Shown here piece after piece: positions 10,331 through 19,893 of a stretch of DNA of 64,000 bases (position 1 is the stretch's first letter; the number at the start of each line of letters is the position of its first letter). The DNA is taken from positions 313,302 through 377,301 of the forward strand of contig CBDCWG010000007.1 in NCBI GenBank assembly GCA_965223345.1. The letters are read 5' to 3'. The notes beneath the pieces were generated by a model. The model made no database searches. It saw only the letters and a list, made by a program, of their open reading frames with translations, and was not told the DNA's origin. Made by a program: the position numbers and the translations under genes. The stretch comes from Nitrospinales bacterium (GTDB taxonomy: Bacteria > Nitrospinota > Nitrospinia > Nitrospinales > VA-1).

Positions 10331-11314
10331 TCAATTCACCGAAACGGCGGCAGGCGCCGATTGCCGGCTGGGCTTTTTCACGGGCAGGGACACGGTGAAC
10401 ACCGCCCCCTTGTTCGTGCCTTCGCTGGCGACGCGGATCGTGCCTTTGTGGCTTTTGACGATCTCTTTGGAAATGAACAATCCCAGGCCGGCGCCTTCGA
10501 TATTCTGGGTGTTGGGGTTGGAAACCCGGTAGAACTTTTTAAAGATCTTTTTCACGTCTTTTTTATTCAGGCCGATGCCCTGGTCGATGAAGTCGATCTC
10601 GCAGTTCTTCTTGCCGTTGCGCACGCGGATGGTCAGGCTGGACCCGACCGGGGAATAGCGCAGGGCGTTGCCGATGAGGTTGTTGAACACCATGCGCATG
10701 GCGCGCTGATCCAGCATGACGGTGACCGGATCGCCGGTTTCCAGGTTCACCGTGCAGCTTCGATCCTCAAACTGGCGCTTCAGGCCCTGGACCACTTCGG
10801 CCAGAAACCCGCCCACTTCCACCGGCTTGAACTCCAGCTGCATGTTCCTGGGTTCGTATTTGCTGGAGGCCAGGATGTTGTCGATCAGGGACGAGAGCCG
10901 TTCCGTGTCGGTGAGCATCGTCTCGACGAAGTCCCTGGATTCCTCCTTGGACACTTTCTGGTACTTCAAGGTTTCCAGGTAAAGCTGAATGGATGCGAGG
11001 GGCGATTTCAACTCGTGGGACACGCTGGATACGAAGTTGCTCTGCAGGCGGTTCAGCTTCGCCTGCTTGTTCCAGTAAACGAATATCATGTAGACCCCGG
11101 CCAGGATCACCAGCATTAAAAAACATCCTTCCAGCAAAATCAACCAATTGACATCGGCGCTGAAGAGGTCCGGGCGCAGTTTCTGCGCGAAATCCTGCAG
11201 GTCCCGGCTGTTTTTCAGGTACCAGTTGATCCAGACCGCCATCAGGATGATCCAGGCGACCTGCACCCCGATGAAGATCATGATCGGATGAAATAAGGCA
11301 CGCAATCGGTTCAT
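10331..11314 (-). CDS. Two-TM sensor histidine kinase
   Basis: SVSHELKSPL H-box, NLIGNALRY, DQGIG, GAGLGL. Confidence 0.95.
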   Translation of the reverse strand: MNRLRALFHPIMIFIGVQVAWIILMAVWINWYLKNSRDLQDFAQKLRPDLFSADVNWLILLEGCFLMLVILAGVYMIFVYWNKQAKLNRLQSNFVSSVSHELKSPLASIQLYLETLKYQKVSKEESRDFVETMLTDTERLSSLIDNILASSKYEPRNMQLEFKPVEVGGFLAEVVQGLKRQFEDRSCTVNLETGDPVTVMLDQRAMRMVFNNLIGNALRYSPVGSSLTIRVRNGKKNCEIDFIDQGIGLNKKDVKKIFKKFYRVSNPNTQNIEGAGLGLFISKEIVKSHKGTIRVASEGTNKGAVFTVSLPVKKPSRQSAPAAVSVN

Positions 11315-11391
11315 GCGTCGATTCTCCCTTGTTCTGCCGCCCGATACCCTGAAAAAGCGGGGTTCCGGCCGGCCGCCGCCCCGGGCGGATA

Positions 11392-11408
11392 TTACATAAG
11401 TTTTACAT
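11392..11408. promoter_or_regulatory. Candidate OmpR-family binding box
   Basis: TTACAT direct repeat with 11-bp period (11392 and 11403) in the kinase/desaturase divergent gap. Confidence 0.5.
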
Positions 11409-11502
11409 TAGGGGCGTTTATTCAAGGTTAAGATGAAACTGTTCAGAAATACCTGCAATCCGAACCAGAAACCGGTTTGTTTACCAAGGAAAGGGACGAT
11501 TC

Positions 11503-12402
11503 ATGGCAGCCACGGAAACCCAGACCCAACCCCTCTATATCTTCAACAAATCCACAGCGGGTTTCTTCATATTTCTGCATCTGGGGGCTCTGCTGGCTCT
11601 GGCGCCGTTCGCCTTTTCCTGGAGCGCGGTGATCCTGTTCGCCGTCCTGCACTGGATGACGGCTTCGCTGGGCATCTGCCTGGGTTACCACCGTTACCTG
11701 ACCCACCGGGGACTGAAACTGCCCAAATGGCTGGCCTATTTTCTGGTCTTCTGCGGCACCCTGGCCTGCGAAAACGGCCCCATCAAATGGGTGGCCCAGC
11801 ACCGCATGCACCATGCCGGCTCGGACACGGAGCGGGACCCGCACAGCGCTAAAAAGGGCTTCTGGTGGGCCCATTTCCGCTGGATGCTCTACTCCCACCG
11901 GGAATTCGACGACAACAAGGTCCTGAACACGTATGCAAAGGACATCGCGGACGATAAATTCTATCAGTTTTTGGACGATCATTTCATCAAAATCCAGGTG
12001 GCTTTCGGATTGATTTTATTCGCCATCGGCGGGCTCCCCTGGGTGGTTTGGGGCATTTTCCTGCGCATCGTCATGGTGTACCACAGCACCTGGTTCGTCA
12101 ATAGCGCCGCGCATTATTTCGGCTACAAAACCTTCAAGCTGGAAAACGACCTGTCCACCAACTGCTGGTGGGTGGGACTCATCGCTTACGGCGAAGGCTG
12201 GCACAACAACCACCACGCTTATCCCAAATCCGCCCGCCACGGGCTCAGGTTCTGGGAGATCGACCTGACCTGGATGGCCATCTGTGTCTTCCGCGCCCTG
12301 GGCTGGGCCAAAGACATCCAGTACGCCAAGCTGGTGCGTAAGCCGGATAAAAACACCACCGACAACATCCTGGTCGGGCAGATGGTCAAGCAGGCGGCCT
12401 GA
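11503..12402 (+). CDS. Delta-9-type membrane fatty acid desaturase
   Basis: His boxes HRYLTH, HRMHH, HNNHH; GEGWHNNHH; DPHS motif. Confidence 0.93.
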   Translation: MAATETQTQPLYIFNKSTAGFFIFLHLGALLALAPFAFSWSAVILFAVLHWMTASLGICLGYHRYLTHRGLKLPKWLAYFLVFCGTLACENGPIKWVAQHRMHHAGSDTERDPHSAKKGFWWAHFRWMLYSHREFDDNKVLNTYAKDIADDKFYQFLDDHFIKIQVAFGLILFAIGGLPWVVWGIFLRIVMVYHSTWFVNSAAHYFGYKTFKLENDLSTNCWWVGLIAYGEGWHNNHHAYPKSARHGLRFWEIDLTWMAICVFRALGWAKDIQYAKLVRKPDKNTTDNILVGQMVKQAA

Positions 12403-12432
12403 TCCCGTTTTTCACCGGGTGCGGCGCGGCAC

Positions 12433-13116
12433 TCACCAGTGCACGCGCTTCACGCCGGGCACCTGCGCGATTTCCAGGATCACCGCTTCTTCATCCAGTC
12501 CTTTTTTCAGCTGGACCGCGTATCTGATTTCCACCTCTTCCTTGGAATGATCGACGGTCATCTTCTTTTTCCCGATCTTGAGGCGGAACTTCTCGAAGAT
12601 TTCCCGGATTCCCTCTTTTGACGTCTTCCATTCGGGCGATTCCAGATTGATCGCCAGATCCTTCTGATCCGGAAATGGAATCCATTTTTCCAGGTAGCCG
12701 AATAACACCAGGACCACCAGCGCGCCGAGGGTGGCGCCCACCGCAAGGGCGTAAAACTGTTTGCCGATGATGATGCCGAGCCCCGCCACCAGCCAGATGC
12801 TGCCGGCTGTGGTCAGACCGCGCACCAGATTGCCTTCCTTGATGATGGCGCCGGCGCCGAGAAACCCGATTCCGGTGATGATGCCTGCGGCCAACCGGTC
12901 CGGAGCGAACATCGCGGCTCCCGGGGCGAGCGTCCGCTGCGAAAACTCAGACCCAATGATCAGAATGGTGGCTCCCAGGCAGACCATCATGTGGGTCCGA
13001 AGCCCTGCGGGCCGCCAGCGCATTTCCCGCTCCAGACCGACCAGGCCGCCCAGAATCATCGCCAGCGCAATGCGGAACAGGACGGAAAAATCGAAAAACC
13101 AGTGTAATGAATCCAT
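12433..13116 (-). CDS. MgtC/SapB family protein
   Basis: GLERE, AGLRTH, GIGFLGAG, GLTTA; C-terminal ACT-like domain. Confidence 0.92.
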   Translation of the reverse strand: MDSLHWFFDFSVLFRIALAMILGGLVGLEREMRWRPAGLRTHMMVCLGATILIIGSEFSQRTLAPGAAMFAPDRLAAGIITGIGFLGAGAIIKEGNLVRGLTTAGSIWLVAGLGIIIGKQFYALAVGATLGALVVLVLFGYLEKWIPFPDQKDLAINLESPEWKTSKEGIREIFEKFRLKIGKKKMTVDHSKEEVEIRYAVQLKKGLDEEAVILEIAQVPGVKRVHW

Positions 13117-13179
13117 CGTTCACCTGCCGTTTTGAGAATTTCCTTCAAAGCGTGAGGCCGGAAAGTCCGCGGCCCCGCT

Positions 13180-13971
13180 CTAAAACTCGAATTCCAGGTG
13201 GTACCCCGCATACTTGCGCAGGTTGATGACCCTGGCCGGGAAAATGAGGTACTGCCCTTTGATCCCCTGCAGCGTGCCCGCAAGCTCCGGGTCCTTGTCC
13301 AGGTTGTGGCTGGTGATCTTCTGCGGAACCTGCTCGACCGGATAGGAAAACCGCTGCACGCTCTCTCCTTCCAGAGCGTAGGACTTGAGTTCCTCGGGCA
13401 TCCATGCGATCGCCTGCTTGCGGATTTCCTTCAGGTCCACCGGGTCGGTTTCGCCTTTGAGCATCTTGCGCCAGTTGGTTTTATCCGACATGTGCTTGGC
13501 GATCGCCACTTCGATCCGGCCGGCAAGCACGCGTTTGGGAACTTTGGCGATGATGACCGCCTCCACCGCTCCCTGGTCGATCCAGCGCGATGGGATGTTG
13601 AAGTGCCGGGTCACGCCGACCTTGACGCTGGAGGTGAGGGACAGATACACGAAATGGTCCACACCGCAGTAGTTGCGGTAAAACTCCCGGTCCGCCTCGT
13701 TGCCGGTTTCGTGCTGGCAGGTTTCCGGGCGCACGGCGCACATCGCGTTTTCGGGAAGATCGCGGGCGCAGGGGAAACAGTATCCCTGGTTGTAGGTCTT
13801 TTTGATGGAGCGGCCGCATTCGATGCAGGTGATGGTCCCGAGAAATTTCAGGCGCAATTCCTTGCCGACCTGTGCGGTGAGCGGCACCGGTTTTTCATCC
13901 AGGCTCAACGCATACTGAATCGGGTCGGCATTTTCGTGCGTCATTTTTCGCAACTGTCCGGAAACTTTCAT
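13180..13971 (-). CDS. DUF2797-like protein
   Basis: CIECGR...QGYCFPC, KVGVTR, RWIDQGA, DKTNWRKML, GIKGQYLI. Confidence 0.85.
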   Translation of the reverse strand: MKVSGQLRKMTHENADPIQYALSLDEKPVPLTAQVGKELRLKFLGTITCIECGRSIKKTYNQGYCFPCARDLPENAMCAVRPETCQHETGNEADREFYRNYCGVDHFVYLSLTSSVKVGVTRHFNIPSRWIDQGAVEAVIIAKVPKRVLAGRIEVAIAKHMSDKTNWRKMLKGETDPVDLKEIRKQAIAWMPEELKSYALEGESVQRFSYPVEQVPQKITSHNLDKDPELAGTLQGIKGQYLIFPARVINLRKYAGYHLEFEF

Positions 13972-14080
13972 CGCATGGCTCTGTCGAAATCCTCAGATTC
14001 AGGGGAAGGTTGGCAGATTGAAACGGCTCGGCTGAAGTTTTAAAACCCGCGATACCCCGCTGGTCTGGAAACGCGATCTC

Positions 14081-14221
14081 TCAATAGCGGCTGTTGCGCA
14101 CTCCGCGGGCGGTAAAATGAAACAGCGCCGCGAGGGCGACCATGACGGCGAGCACGATCACAGAAGAATCAAAAACCAGAAACGCAACGAAAAACAAAAC
14201 ACCGTAACCCAGGATTTTCAT
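14081..14221 (-). CDS. Small membrane protein (46 aa, below ORF-track cutoff)
   Basis: MKILGYGVLFFVAFLVFDSSVIVLAVMVALAALFHFTARGVRNSRY*. Confidence 0.5.
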   Translation of the reverse strand: MKILGYGVLFFVAFLVFDSSVIVLAVMVALAALFHFTARGVRNSRY

Positions 14222-14711
14222 CAATGTCGATCGATGCGTCGTCACCGTGCCCCCGCTCCATTTTTTCGGGTGGTGTTGCGTTCATGAAGATTATAAATCA
14301 TTTCGCCCAGCGCCGCTTGCTGGCTTGCCGCGCGGGAAAACTTGCGCGCGAAAGTATATCGTGAACCTGGCGCGTCCACGGCGAGCCGCCGGTTTTCCTG
14401 CGCTGTCTGTCGAGATGTTCTTTTTGGGCATCGCCTTTCTGCTATCGGCGTGATAATGTTTTAGGAATTAAAAATATCGTCTAAACTAAATTTAAAAACC
14501 AATCGATAAGATTTTACTGAAAGGTTCGGCTCCATGAAAATGCAAAGCCTTCAAGTGGGTCTCGGTTGGATGGAGTTGTTTTCGGCGGGCAAATAAAACA
14601 CGAGCTCGTGGCGGCCCCCGCCTGATTTTGAAGCCACTTCAATGCGTGTGAAATGGGGTGATTCCAGCCGCGCCGGCGTGAATTTTACGCCTTTATTTTC
14701 AGGAAGGTTGC

Positions 14712-14939
14712 ATGGAAATACGAGAAAAAGTCGTCCTTTTGGCCGTGTTGCTCATGGTGTTCACCTATATGGTTCTCGTGAAATGGGTCCCCCCGCAAAA
14801 CCACGATCCGGGGATACCTTCCAAGTTCATATCCGAACCGCTTACAGACAAACCCCCTGTCAAAGAGGATGTGTTTTTCCCGCCTCTCCCGAAAAATACC
14901 GAGAAAGAATCGATCGTTGAAGAAACGGTGACGGAATGA
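14712..14939 (+). CDS. Small single-TM hypothetical protein
   Basis: N-terminal TM helix and Pro-rich tail; AGGAAGG RBS. Confidence 0.6.
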   Translation: MEIREKVVLLAVLLMVFTYMVLVKWVPPQNHDPGIPSKFISEPLTDKPPVKEDVFFPPLPKNTEKESIVEETVTE

Positions 14940-15051
14940 TCATGAAAATTTTTTAATCGTTTCTTTCTTGAGTTCCGATAATTTATACCGTGTTACAGGT
15001 ACGTGACACTGCGTTACGATTCTGAAAACATTTCATTTTTTGCTGGTCAGC

Positions 15052-15080
15052 TTGACAGGCATCTATTAAAATATTATTAA
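15052..15080 (+). promoter_or_regulatory. Sigma70-like promoter
   Basis: TTGACA, 17 bp spacer, TATTAA upstream of the 15164 ORF. Confidence 0.6.
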
Positions 15081-15163
15081 GTAATAAGGGAGGAATGACC
15101 CGTGCCTGCGCCGGGATTATTTTTTGGCCTGTTACGGGGCTTTCAAGGAGAAAGGGAAAAGTA

Positions 15164-15376
15164 ATGAAAAATCTCAACATCTCCAAGGGCTGGTTTGACG
15201 AAGAAAAATCGGTTCAAAAGAAAAAGTTCTGTGATCACGAGCAGGCGATCACCATCGACTACGATCACGGAATCGAACATTGCCCTTACTGCGGCGCGTT
15301 GGGACACTACAGCGTGGACAGCGACTCTGTCGAGTGGACCCTGCCTGAGTACCTGAGCAAGCAGAACTACAACTGA
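15164..15376 (+). CDS. Small zinc-binding protein
   Basis: CDH-x14-CPYC; purine-rich RBS before the ATG at 15164. Confidence 0.7.
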   Translation: MKNLNISKGWFDEEKSVQKKKFCDHEQAITIDYDHGIEHCPYCGALGHYSVDSDSVEWTLPEYLSKQNYN

Positions 15377-15569
15377 CCTTCCCGGAGTTTTATCTGGGAA
15401 GGGCTGTGCCGGGTTCGCGGTGCTGCTGGCGTTGCCGTTCTCTATAGCGTCACCTCTTTATTCAATCCTGCACTCCGTTCGTTCTCTATCTCCATTTCGA
15501 GACAGGTTTTGGCCTGAATGGGTCCGTCGTACGTTATTGTCCGGACCGTTCGGGCTGTTTTTCTTTGTG

Positions 15570-16289
15570 TCAGCCCCCCATGACCTGCACCCAGTCTTCC
15601 AGACGCCGTATCTGTAAATAGGAATTCGTTTCGCGCACTTCACCGAGCGGCGCGTTGGCCTTGCCGCCATAATTGTGGCCGGGATAGAGCACGATCTCAT
15701 CTTTGATACTCGCCAGACGGCGCGTGAGGGTGTGGTACATCTCCCTGCTGTCTCCGCCGGGCAGGTCCACACGGCCGCAGCCCTGAAGAAACAGCGTGTC
15801 CCCGGCGATCAGGCTGTCCTCCACGCGGAAACACTGGGACCCCGGCGTGTGCCCCGGCGTGTGCAGGCAGGTGATTTCGACCGCCCCCACCTTCACGCTG
15901 TCCTCGCTGTCCACTTTTTTCAGATCGGAATCGGAAAGGCCGGTCACCTGCACCACGCCCTCCGCCTCGTGCTTGTTGACGTAAACCGGGACCGGATGCC
16001 TGGCCATCAATTGCGGCAGGCCGGTGATGTCCATGCCGAAAATGTGCCCGCCCACGTGGTCGGGATGATAATGGGTGACGAGAGCGCCGGTGAGCTTCAT
16101 GCCGTCCCGTTCGAGGATGTCGAGCAGGCCGTCCACGTCCCACGCCGGATCGACGACCAGGCATTCTTTGGTTTCGCGGTCGCCGATCAGGTAGATGAAA
16201 TTGGCCATCTGCGCCGCAGAGGGGTCCGAGGCGGCGACGTCGGAGCCGCAGAGCAGCTGCTTGAAATATACCTGATGATTTGCGTTCAA
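15570..16289 (-). CDS. MBL-fold hydrolase (glyoxalase II/persulfide dioxygenase-like)
   Basis: THYHPDHVGG, TPGHTPGS, GDTLF, YPGHNY; TTG start with GGAGG RBS. Confidence 0.9.
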   Translation of the reverse strand: MNANHQVYFKQLLCGSDVAASDPSAAQMANFIYLIGDRETKECLVVDPAWDVDGLLDILERDGMKLTGALVTHYHPDHVGGHIFGMDITGLPQLMARHPVPVYVNKHEAEGVVQVTGLSDSDLKKVDSEDSVKVGAVEITCLHTPGHTPGSQCFRVEDSLIAGDTLFLQGCGRVDLPGGDSREMYHTLTRRLASIKDEIVLYPGHNYGGKANAPLGEVRETNSYLQIRRLEDWVQVMGG

Positions 16290-16308
16290 ATTCGTGTCCT
16301 CCCAACCC

Positions 16309-17130
16309 TCATTCCAGCAGGGTGTTCAATAGTTTGGCCAGCCGGACGCCGGCCTGGCTGAGCCTCAATGCGATGATCTCCTGGCTTTTGTGGACGTAGC
16401 TCTGGCTCAACGCCGTTCCCGGCCCGAAGCGGTAGACGTGATAGAGCACCAGAGCGCGCGATTCCAGCGCCCATTCGGTCACGGAAGCGCCGGCCCAACG
16501 GGCGCGGACCGCAGGGGCAATCCGCTCGTTCAGATTGCGGCTGTATTGTACCAGATCGCCGGCCGGGATCAGCCCTTCATCCCACAGCGCGTGCAGGTTG
16601 GTCTCCTGCCCTGCCAACTCCAGCGGCACCTCGTTGCCGCCGCGGTCTTCGGCGTAACCCAGATGCAGGGGCTGGTGGATGTCGGCGACGAAATGCACCA
16701 GATACATGAGGGCCTCTTTGCGCGCTGTCCGGCTTTGCGCCGGGTCTTTCAGGATGCGGGAAAACTCGTGGATCTTTTCCAGCACGCAGTGCCCATCCGG
16801 GCAATCCCGTTCGCGCCGGTAATTCCGCGCGCCCTGGGGCAGGTTGAGATAGTGCCAGGTCTGCTGGGAGCGCTGCCGTTTCACCTGGTCCGCCCAATTT
16901 GCGATTTCGGCGAGATCGCGTATGTTAAAATCCCTCTGGTATTTTTTTCGCAGCTCCGGTTGCAGCTGGGCGTCCGCCAGCAGGGCGACGATGCGATGCC
17001 CGTCCGGCCCCCAGGCCCAGGCCGAAAGCGGAGCGATCCACAAGGGCAACAACAACGCTGCGAGAAAAAAGACGCACCCGGTCAGCACGCGGGCTCTTGT
17101 TCTGCGGACTGGCGGATGGAGCGCAGTCAT
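16309..17130 (-). CDS. S1/P1 nuclease (secreted)
   Basis: Signal ending AWA then WGPDGH; WADQVK, HFVADIHQPLH, DRGGN, NLHALWD. Confidence 0.92.
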   Translation of the reverse strand: MTALHPPVRRTRARVLTGCVFFLAALLLPLWIAPLSAWAWGPDGHRIVALLADAQLQPELRKKYQRDFNIRDLAEIANWADQVKRQRSQQTWHYLNLPQGARNYRRERDCPDGHCVLEKIHEFSRILKDPAQSRTARKEALMYLVHFVADIHQPLHLGYAEDRGGNEVPLELAGQETNLHALWDEGLIPAGDLVQYSRNLNERIAPAVRARWAGASVTEWALESRALVLYHVYRFGPGTALSQSYVHKSQEIIALRLSQAGVRLAKLLNTLLE

Positions 17131-17163
17131 GCTGACCGATCCATATTCAGGGGAAAAACCGCA

Positions 17164-17898
17164 TTGAAAACCCTTCGCCTTCTCATTGACACGGTCCGTT
17201 TCTGGGTTCTGATCGTGCTGCTCTCGTTTCTGCTCGGCATCATCAGCGTGGTGGTGGGCCTGTTCGACTCGACCGGGAATTTTTCCCACCGGGTGGCGAG
17301 TCTGTGGGCGCGCCTGCTGTGCCGCTGGAGCGGCGTGCGCATCGAGGTGACAGGGCTCGAACACGTGCTGCTGGACCGGGCGCAGATCTTCGTGGCCAAC
17401 CACCAGAGCTATTTCGATATCTTCGCGCTGGCGGGCTACCTGCCGGTGCAGATCCGCTGGGTGGCCAAGGCCAGCCTGTTTCGCATTCCGTTTCTCGGCT
17501 GGTCGATGCGCGCGGCGGGCTACATCCCGGTGGAGCGGGACAACCGCAAAAAAGCCTATCAGTCGTTTCTGACCACGGTGGAAAAGATCAAGTCGGGGTG
17601 CTCGGTGGTGGTGTTTCCGGAAGGCACGCGGTCTGCGGACGGCTCGCTGGGGCCGTTCAAAAAAGGCAGTCATCTGCTGGCCGTGCGGTCGAAAGCGCCG
17701 ATGCTGCCGGTGACCATCGTCGGCAGCGGCAGGATCATCAAAAAGAAAAGCATGTGGATCCGGCCGGGAACGGTCCGCATCGTCATCTCCAAACCGGTGA
17801 TGCTGGATGAGAACGATGCCGGCGATGGCGAGGCCACCCTCAATGCGATCCGCGAAACCATCCTGCACAACTACAAAGCCATCGAAGCCGCCACCTGA
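17164..17898 (+). CDS. plsC: 1-acyl-sn-glycerol-3-phosphate acyltransferase
   Basis: NHQSYFD and FPEGTRS motifs; TTG start at 17164 is an estimate. Confidence 0.9.
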   Translation: MKTLRLLIDTVRFWVLIVLLSFLLGIISVVVGLFDSTGNFSHRVASLWARLLCRWSGVRIEVTGLEHVLLDRAQIFVANHQSYFDIFALAGYLPVQIRWVAKASLFRIPFLGWSMRAAGYIPVERDNRKKAYQSFLTTVEKIKSGCSVVVFPEGTRSADGSLGPFKKGSHLLAVRSKAPMLPVTIVGSGRIIKKKSMWIRPGTVRIVISKPVMLDENDAGDGEATLNAIRETILHNYKAIEAAT

Positions 17899-17910
17899 TG
17901 AAATGGCAAC

Positions 17911-18432
17911 TCAGGTTTTCTCTTTCTGGATGAAATCCCAGACTTCGCGCGGATGGTCGCGCAGGTCCTCGATATTGCGCCAGACGGCGCGGATCATGCC
18001 GGTCTTGTCGATGACGAAGGTGGTGCGGTCGATCACCTTCACCATCGTGCCCAGATCGTCCACTTCCTTGATGACGCCGTAGGCGTCGGTGACCTTTTTG
18101 TATTCGTCGGCGATCAGCGTGAAACCGAGCTGGTACACCTCGATGAACTGCTGGTGGGAATTGACGCCGTTCCAGCTGCATCCCAGCACTTCCACTTCGC
18201 GGGTCTTGAACTTGCGGTTCCATTCGTTGAAACCGATCATCAAGCGGGTGTCTTCCGGAGAGCTGTCCTGGGCGTAAAACGCCAGGACCACCCATTTCTT
18301 ATCCTGGAAGTCCTTCAGTTTGACGATCACCTTCTCCTCCGCGGAGGGGCTGGTCGCTCCGGCTTTGTAGCCGTACACCGCGGGCAGCTCAAACGCAGGG
18401 GCCCTGTCTCCTACTTCCAATTCGTTCGCCAT
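17911..18432 (-). CDS. Bcp/PrxQ-like protein lacking the peroxidatic Cys
   Basis: LEVGDRAPAFEL, KWVVLAFYAQDSSPEDT, RTTFVIDKTG; Bcp fold with Asp at the Cp position. Confidence 0.85.
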   Translation of the reverse strand: MANELEVGDRAPAFELPAVYGYKAGATSPSAEEKVIVKLKDFQDKKWVVLAFYAQDSSPEDTRLMIGFNEWNRKFKTREVEVLGCSWNGVNSHQQFIEVYQLGFTLIADEYKKVTDAYGVIKEVDDLGTMVKVIDRTTFVIDKTGMIRAVWRNIEDLRDHPREVWDFIQKEKT

Positions 18433-18473
18433 GAAAACCTCGGGTATTTGGGAAAGGATGCGCGCTTAGACCA

Positions 18474-18794
18474 TCAGTCGCCGAACGCGGCTTTCAGCAA
18501 CGGCTCCACTTCCCCCTTGGCTTCCATTTCATCCAGGATGTCGGTGTCGCCGTAGAATTTTCCGTCGATGAACACCTTCGGCAGGGTCGGCCAGTTGGTC
18601 ATTTTGTTCAGGGCTTCGCGCTTGGGCATGTTTTCCAGTACGTTGATCACCTCGAAGGGATACCCGTATTTAGCGAAGAACTGGATCGTCTCCACGGTGA
18701 AGCCGCACTGCGGCGCGGTTTTCGTGCCTTTGCCGTAAATCAGAATCTTGTTCTGCGCGACTTCTTCCTTGATTTCACTTTCTAAATCAGACAT
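18474..18794 (-). CDS. grxD: Monothiol glutaredoxin (Grx4 family)
   Basis: KGTKTAPQCGFT, NWPTLPKVFIDG. Confidence 0.9.
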   Translation of the reverse strand: MSDLESEIKEEVAQNKILIYGKGTKTAPQCGFTVETIQFFAKYGYPFEVINVLENMPKREALNKMTNWPTLPKVFIDGKFYGDTDILDEMEAKGEVEPLLKAAFGD

Positions 18795-18860
18795 TTTTTG
18801 CTCTCCTGAAGGGTGTCTTTTTTACAATTTATGGGATCGGGTGACGCGGGAATCGATCGG

Positions 18861-19094
18861 TTAACCCGGCAGGGCCGTTTTGATTTCGGCCGCATGGATC
18901 CGCCCGTCCTGCATGGCTTCGTTGAGGGATTCCTGCACGGTGCGGTGCCGTGTCATCAGGTCCATGCTTTCGAACGCCTTGGACGTGACATGGATGATGA
19001 AGTGGTCCTTCATGCCCGTCTTGTCCATGACCTGGACTTCGGCATCCGGGATTTTGGCTTTGACCAAACCGATTAAATTCTCAATACTGATCAT
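18861..19094 (-). CDS. BolA family protein
   Basis: DHFIIHVTSKAF, RHRTV, IHAAEIKT; adjacent to grxD. Confidence 0.92.
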   Translation of the reverse strand: MISIENLIGLVKAKIPDAEVQVMDKTGMKDHFIIHVTSKAFESMDLMTRHRTVQESLNEAMQDGRIHAAEIKTALPG

Positions 19095-19407
19095 GTCGCC
19101 TCGTTTCTCCTTTGTGATGGTATGCGCTTCATTTTATTAGGTATTGGATTCAAAAAGCAGTAAAAAGATTTCAACTTTTCCAGCGGCTTGCGGTGCGGTT
19201 TCCGCCTCGACCGCAGCCACGCCCCTCAAAAGGCAAGCCATTGATTTTATTGCAACTATTTTATCGCCCTGCGGCCGGAAAGGGATGCGGCCGGGCCGCT
19301 TGGGATTGGCGAATCGGTCTGTTTTTCAGTATAATATATGAATCCGCCGCCCTTTAAAACCATCTTAGTTTGAGTGGCGGATTCAATCCATTTCAGCGGA
19401 GGCGTCA

Positions 19408-19749
19408 ATGAGCGTAGCATCGGATTTCGTTAAAATCACTCCCAAAGCCTGTGACGAAGTGAAACGGCTCATCAAGGCGGAAGGCAAACCCGAGATCGGA
19501 CTGCGTCTGGGTGTCAAAGGCGGCGGTTGTTCGGGCCTTTCCTATGACCTCAAATTCACCCCTCAGGAGGAAGGCGACACGGTTCTTCAGGGCGACGGGT
19601 TTCAGGTCTTCATGGACGCCAAGAGCATGATCTATCTCAAGGGCATGCAGCTGGATTTTCAGGACGGCCTGCAGGGAAAAGGGTTTGTGTTCGTCAATCC
19701 CAACGCCTCTTCCACCTGCGGCTGCGGGGAGTCCTTTTCCATCGCCTGA
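19408..19749 (+). CDS. A-type Fe-S carrier (IscA/ErpA/HesB)
   Basis: GGGCSGLSY and NPNASSTCGCGESF. Confidence 0.95.
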   Translation: MSVASDFVKITPKACDEVKRLIKAEGKPEIGLRLGVKGGGCSGLSYDLKFTPQEEGDTVLQGDGFQVFMDAKSMIYLKGMQLDFQDGLQGKGFVFVNPNASSTCGCGESFSIA

Positions 19750-19893
19750 ACCCGGCCGTGCCGGATTGCATCATCGAAACATCCTTGAGGTCTCGTTTGA
19801 GGGCTGCGGGTCGCTCGCGACCCCTTCCTGGCGACTGAGATCCTGTAGCTCAAAGCGCATTGCGGCCCGAATGCGCTTTTTTCATTTCTTGCC

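Noticed and set aside
16309..17868. Apparent 519-aa nuclease fusion and 502-aa PlsC fusion
   Set aside because: Each extension is the antisense shadow of the other divergent gene; the true starts are near 17130 and 17164.
18250..18252. Selenocysteine at the Bcp active site
   Set aside because: The codon is GAC (Asp), not TGA.
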